A stretch of 64,000 nucleotides of DNA from Felis catus (lineage: Eukaryota): NCBI RefSeq assembly GCF_018350175.1, contig NC_058382.1, positions 52,764,001 through 52,828,000 of the forward strand. The letters run 5' to 3'. The notes under the pieces were generated by a model. That model made no database searches, had not been told where the DNA came from, and worked only from the letters and a program-made list of their open reading frames with translations. Numbering within the stretch: the first letter of the stretch is position 1; each line of letters starts with the position of its first letter. Positions 61,096 through 64,000 of this stretch are shown one piece after another. The translations under genes and the position numbers were made by a program.

Positions 61096-61468
61096 CTGGA
61101 ATCGGCAAACTGCTTCTGTAAAGGGCTAGATAGTGAATGTTTCGGGCCTGGCAGGCCATATGGTATTCGTTGAAACTACTCAGCCTTGAAGTACAAAAAC
61201 AGCTATCTACAATACATAAATTAGTGAGCAAGGCTCTGTCCCAATAAAACTTTATTTACGGACACTGAAATTTGATTTTCAGGCGTCAAGAAATTATGTT
61301 CTTCTTTTAATGTTTTAGTAAAGACATTCTGTAAAAGACTTTGAGTCTTTTGTGATTCCAAGTTTTAATTTGGCTATTTCAACCCCCTTATTTGAAGAAC
61401 AAATTACAGGTAGGCTATACATAAACAGGCTGGTGAGCTGGATTTGGCCTGTGGGACATACTGTGGTG
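61096..61468. mobile_element. MER58B-like hAT-Charlie MITE
   Basis: tcggcaaactgcttctgtaaagggctagatagt, ccaataaaactttatttacggacactgaaatttga, aaacaggctggtgagctggatttggcctgtggg. Confidence 0.88.
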
Positions 61469-61699
61469 AAGCGTGGCCAAGGAGATTAATAAGCAAAGAA
61501 GCGGTAAAATACATGTAAAAATAAAGACCAGGCAAAAATACAGGCAAAGGCATATTTGCAGGCCACAGTGTCCAAAAAGGCTATGTATTTGAACTGAAGA
61601 TTTAGCTCTGAGTTTCCTGGTGGTCAAAGGAAAAATGGAAACAAAATCATTTCCACAGTTTACTGGCCATTAGGGCAAAAAGGAATCAATTCTTCATGG

Positions 61700-62340
61700 G
61701 CGGTAGAGGTACCATGGCCTTCTGAATTAAACCCGGGAGAGAAATTTGATTTCATCGTCCATGATTTTATTTTGCCCTCACCAAGTCTAGTCTCAGAGTG
61801 TTTTGCTCTACTATGTAAAATCAACAATCAACCATCGTCTGGTCATTGCAATGGTGTAGATTATATCTGACGGTTGTTAATTAAATACCTCGTCATGCTC
61901 TGGAGCTAAAGCCAAATAGTGCTCCGTAAACATTATGATTTGTCAGTAATCAATGTGATCTGTATAATTTGTGAGTGATCAGATACTTTTCCCAAAAGCA
62001 GATTATTGACTTCCATGCCTACCTTGGGAGAAATCGCCACTTGGTCTGTGTCTACACAGACCTGAGAGAAGAAGAGATTTGACGATGGTCTGATTAATTG
62101 AATCAGTGGTTTGGGGGAGTGGGCTGTCTGTATTGATCCAATTAAATAGATAATTGTCAGAATTGAGGTCATGTCTATAAAACACCACCATTTCAAAGCC
62201 AAAGAGATTGTTTCAAATATATAATGCACACCCAATCAATGGCGGCTGCCTCCTCCACACGCAGTCAACCAGAAAGTGATTGATTCTATAGAGCTATAAA
62301 CTGGGGTCTTTCCCATTTTTAGCAAACATTTATGCGCTAA
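61700..62340. promoter_or_regulatory. Candidate conserved non-coding element / enhancer
   Basis: No recognisable repeat; TTAATTAA, TAATCAAT, CTGATTAATTGAATCAG, TGATTGAT (62277-62284), TTGTCA cores. Motif-based only. Confidence 0.45.
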
Positions 62341-62994
62341 ATACAGTGCTTTGAATTTTTTGTTCCCCGTAGACCCAAGGGCAGTGATTCATTATGTGGA
62401 TAAGGGGATGGGAATATTCAAGTCAAACGTTGGAGCGACGTAAGACTGCAAATAGTCCCTTTGAGGGGGGAAGAGAAAACCAAAGAGGTAGGCAAGCTGG
62501 TATTCTCCATACCTGTGAGCTCAGGAAACATTACCTGAGTATATTGGATAGGCAGGGGAGACTCTGGGCTCTCTTAGGGTGTTCCTTTATGGCAGCCACC
62601 CTGAAGTGCAGACTTTAACTCCCGGTGAGTGGTCAAGTAGAAAGGGAAAAGGAAGAAAGCAGAGGGCTTGACTTTAATTTCCATATCAGATTTGAGACCC
62701 AGTCTCACCACTAACTAGCTGGTGATTTTAGACAAGGTAGGCGACCACCCTGATCCTCAGTGTTCTGTCACCTACCTAACGAGGGTAAACATACTTGATT
62801 CATTGCGTAGCTGTGTCTATACCACGCACACGGTCAAGGTTGGTTAGCCTGCTACTTCTCTACTGACGCCCGCCAAAGAGAGGAACTGGTTGCTAGCAGT
62901 TTTCATCTGAAACGTGGCAAGAGGCCTGCCCTTCTTGTCTCACAGGCACTACAGCAGTCAGTATTCGCCCGGACAGCTGATGAACACCCATCGC

Positions 62995-63172
62995 CTGCCA
63001 GCTGTGTCGCAATGAGCAATAACTTAATTTTTTGCACCTCAGTTTCTTCATCTGTAAAGTGGGATGATAATACCCACCATAGGGTGGTGGGGAGGATTGA
63101 AGGCATCAATAATCCCCGTGCAGCATGAAAAGACAGTCCAGGCTCATAGAAACTGATCAATAAATGCTAGTT
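62995..63172 (+). mobile_element. MIR SINE
   Basis: cctcagtttcttcatctgtaaagtggggatgataatacc..gaggattgaa..tcaataaatgctag. Confidence 0.85.
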
Positions 63173-63409
63173 ATTTATTTTAAGTTTATTTCATTATTTT
63201 GAGAGAGAGATAGCGTGCACGAGCCGGGGCGGGGGGGGGGGGGGTGGAGCGGCAGAGAGAGAGGGAGAGAGAGAATCCCGAGCAGGCTCCGCGCTGTCAG
63301 CGCAGAGCCCGACGTGGGGCTTGAACCCACACACTGTGAGATCGAGGCGACCACACTGAGGCGAAGTCAAGAGCTGGACACCCGACCAGCCGAACCACCC
63401 AGGCACCCC
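63173..63409 (-). mobile_element. CanSINE
   Basis: Antisense body gagagaatcccgagcaggctccgcgctgtcagcgcagagcccgacg..ccacccaggcacccc. Confidence 0.93.
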
Positions 63410-64000
63410 TATCAATGCTAATCACCTTTGTATTAGTAAATCAGCATTCCAGTTCGCTGGGTAGAAAGGGAGACATGGGACACTCCAGGCAGACGAGGTA
63501 ATGAGATCAATAGACAAGAAAGGAAAAGTGCTGTAATGCAAAGCTGTCTGCAGATACGGGGCGGGGGGCGGTGGGGGGGAGGTCAATGCCTAAGTTGGTG
63601 CATCTTCCCACACACGGAGTAGATTCTTCTTCCGGCCTGCCATTTTGGCGTCTCTGAAAACAGCTGGCCGTCTTTAGGTTTGGCGTGTTGACTTCCACCA
63701 CAAAAGTGGAAAACGCAGGTAGCCGGCTGTTGACAGATTTTTCTTTTTAAGTGAAGGAATATGTTAATGGGCTTAGCCTGACAAGGAGCTATCGGATGGT
63801 GGGTAACTAAATAGATCACCCCAAGTTGTTTCGCAAGGGTAGAAGACCGAGGGGTTACAGAAGCTTTAGAAGTTTGTTCTCAGGGAGGGCAGAAGATGTG
63901 GTGTTTGTTTTGTTGTTGCTGTCTGTTCGGTTCAAAGCTGTGTCTCTGCTGGTGGTCTGGTGCTTGGCACATAAGAGGCTTTTATTATATACTTGATGAG

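Noticed and set aside
1..64000. CRISPR array, operon or other prokaryotic or viral system
   Set aside because: There is no repeat-spacer array, dense coding sequence or retroviral gag/pol/env. The repeats are mammalian TEs and microsatellites.

Overview
Mammalian nuclear DNA, almost certainly from a felid: it carries 14 tRNA-Lys-derived CanSINEs, several of the SINEC_Fc type. I find no credible protein-coding exon, rRNA, functional tRNA or CRISPR array. The ORF track is explained by chance ORFs, simple repeats, SINEs and one L1 ORF2 remnant. The window looks like a gene desert or a very large intron. Ancient eutherian repeats (L2, MIR, L1M, MLT1 and LTR33-like LTRs, MER5, MER58) alternate with TE-poor blocks rich in homeodomain, MEIS/PBX, GATA, T-box and FOX motifs, which are candidate developmental enhancers; their conservation cannot be verified here. 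The best-supported novelty is a 1.42-kb insertion (51248-52668) with the hallmarks of L1-mediated retroposition of a non-TE transcript: a 15/16-bp TSD, a poly(A) tail, AATAAA about 20 nt upstream and a TTTT/AG nick site. It splits an MLT1 LTR, which itself splits an L2, and it was later hit by two near-identical young SINEs. Repeat family names come from recognising consensus motifs by eye, so subfamily labels and ends are approximate. I found no evidence for a novel multi-gene system.
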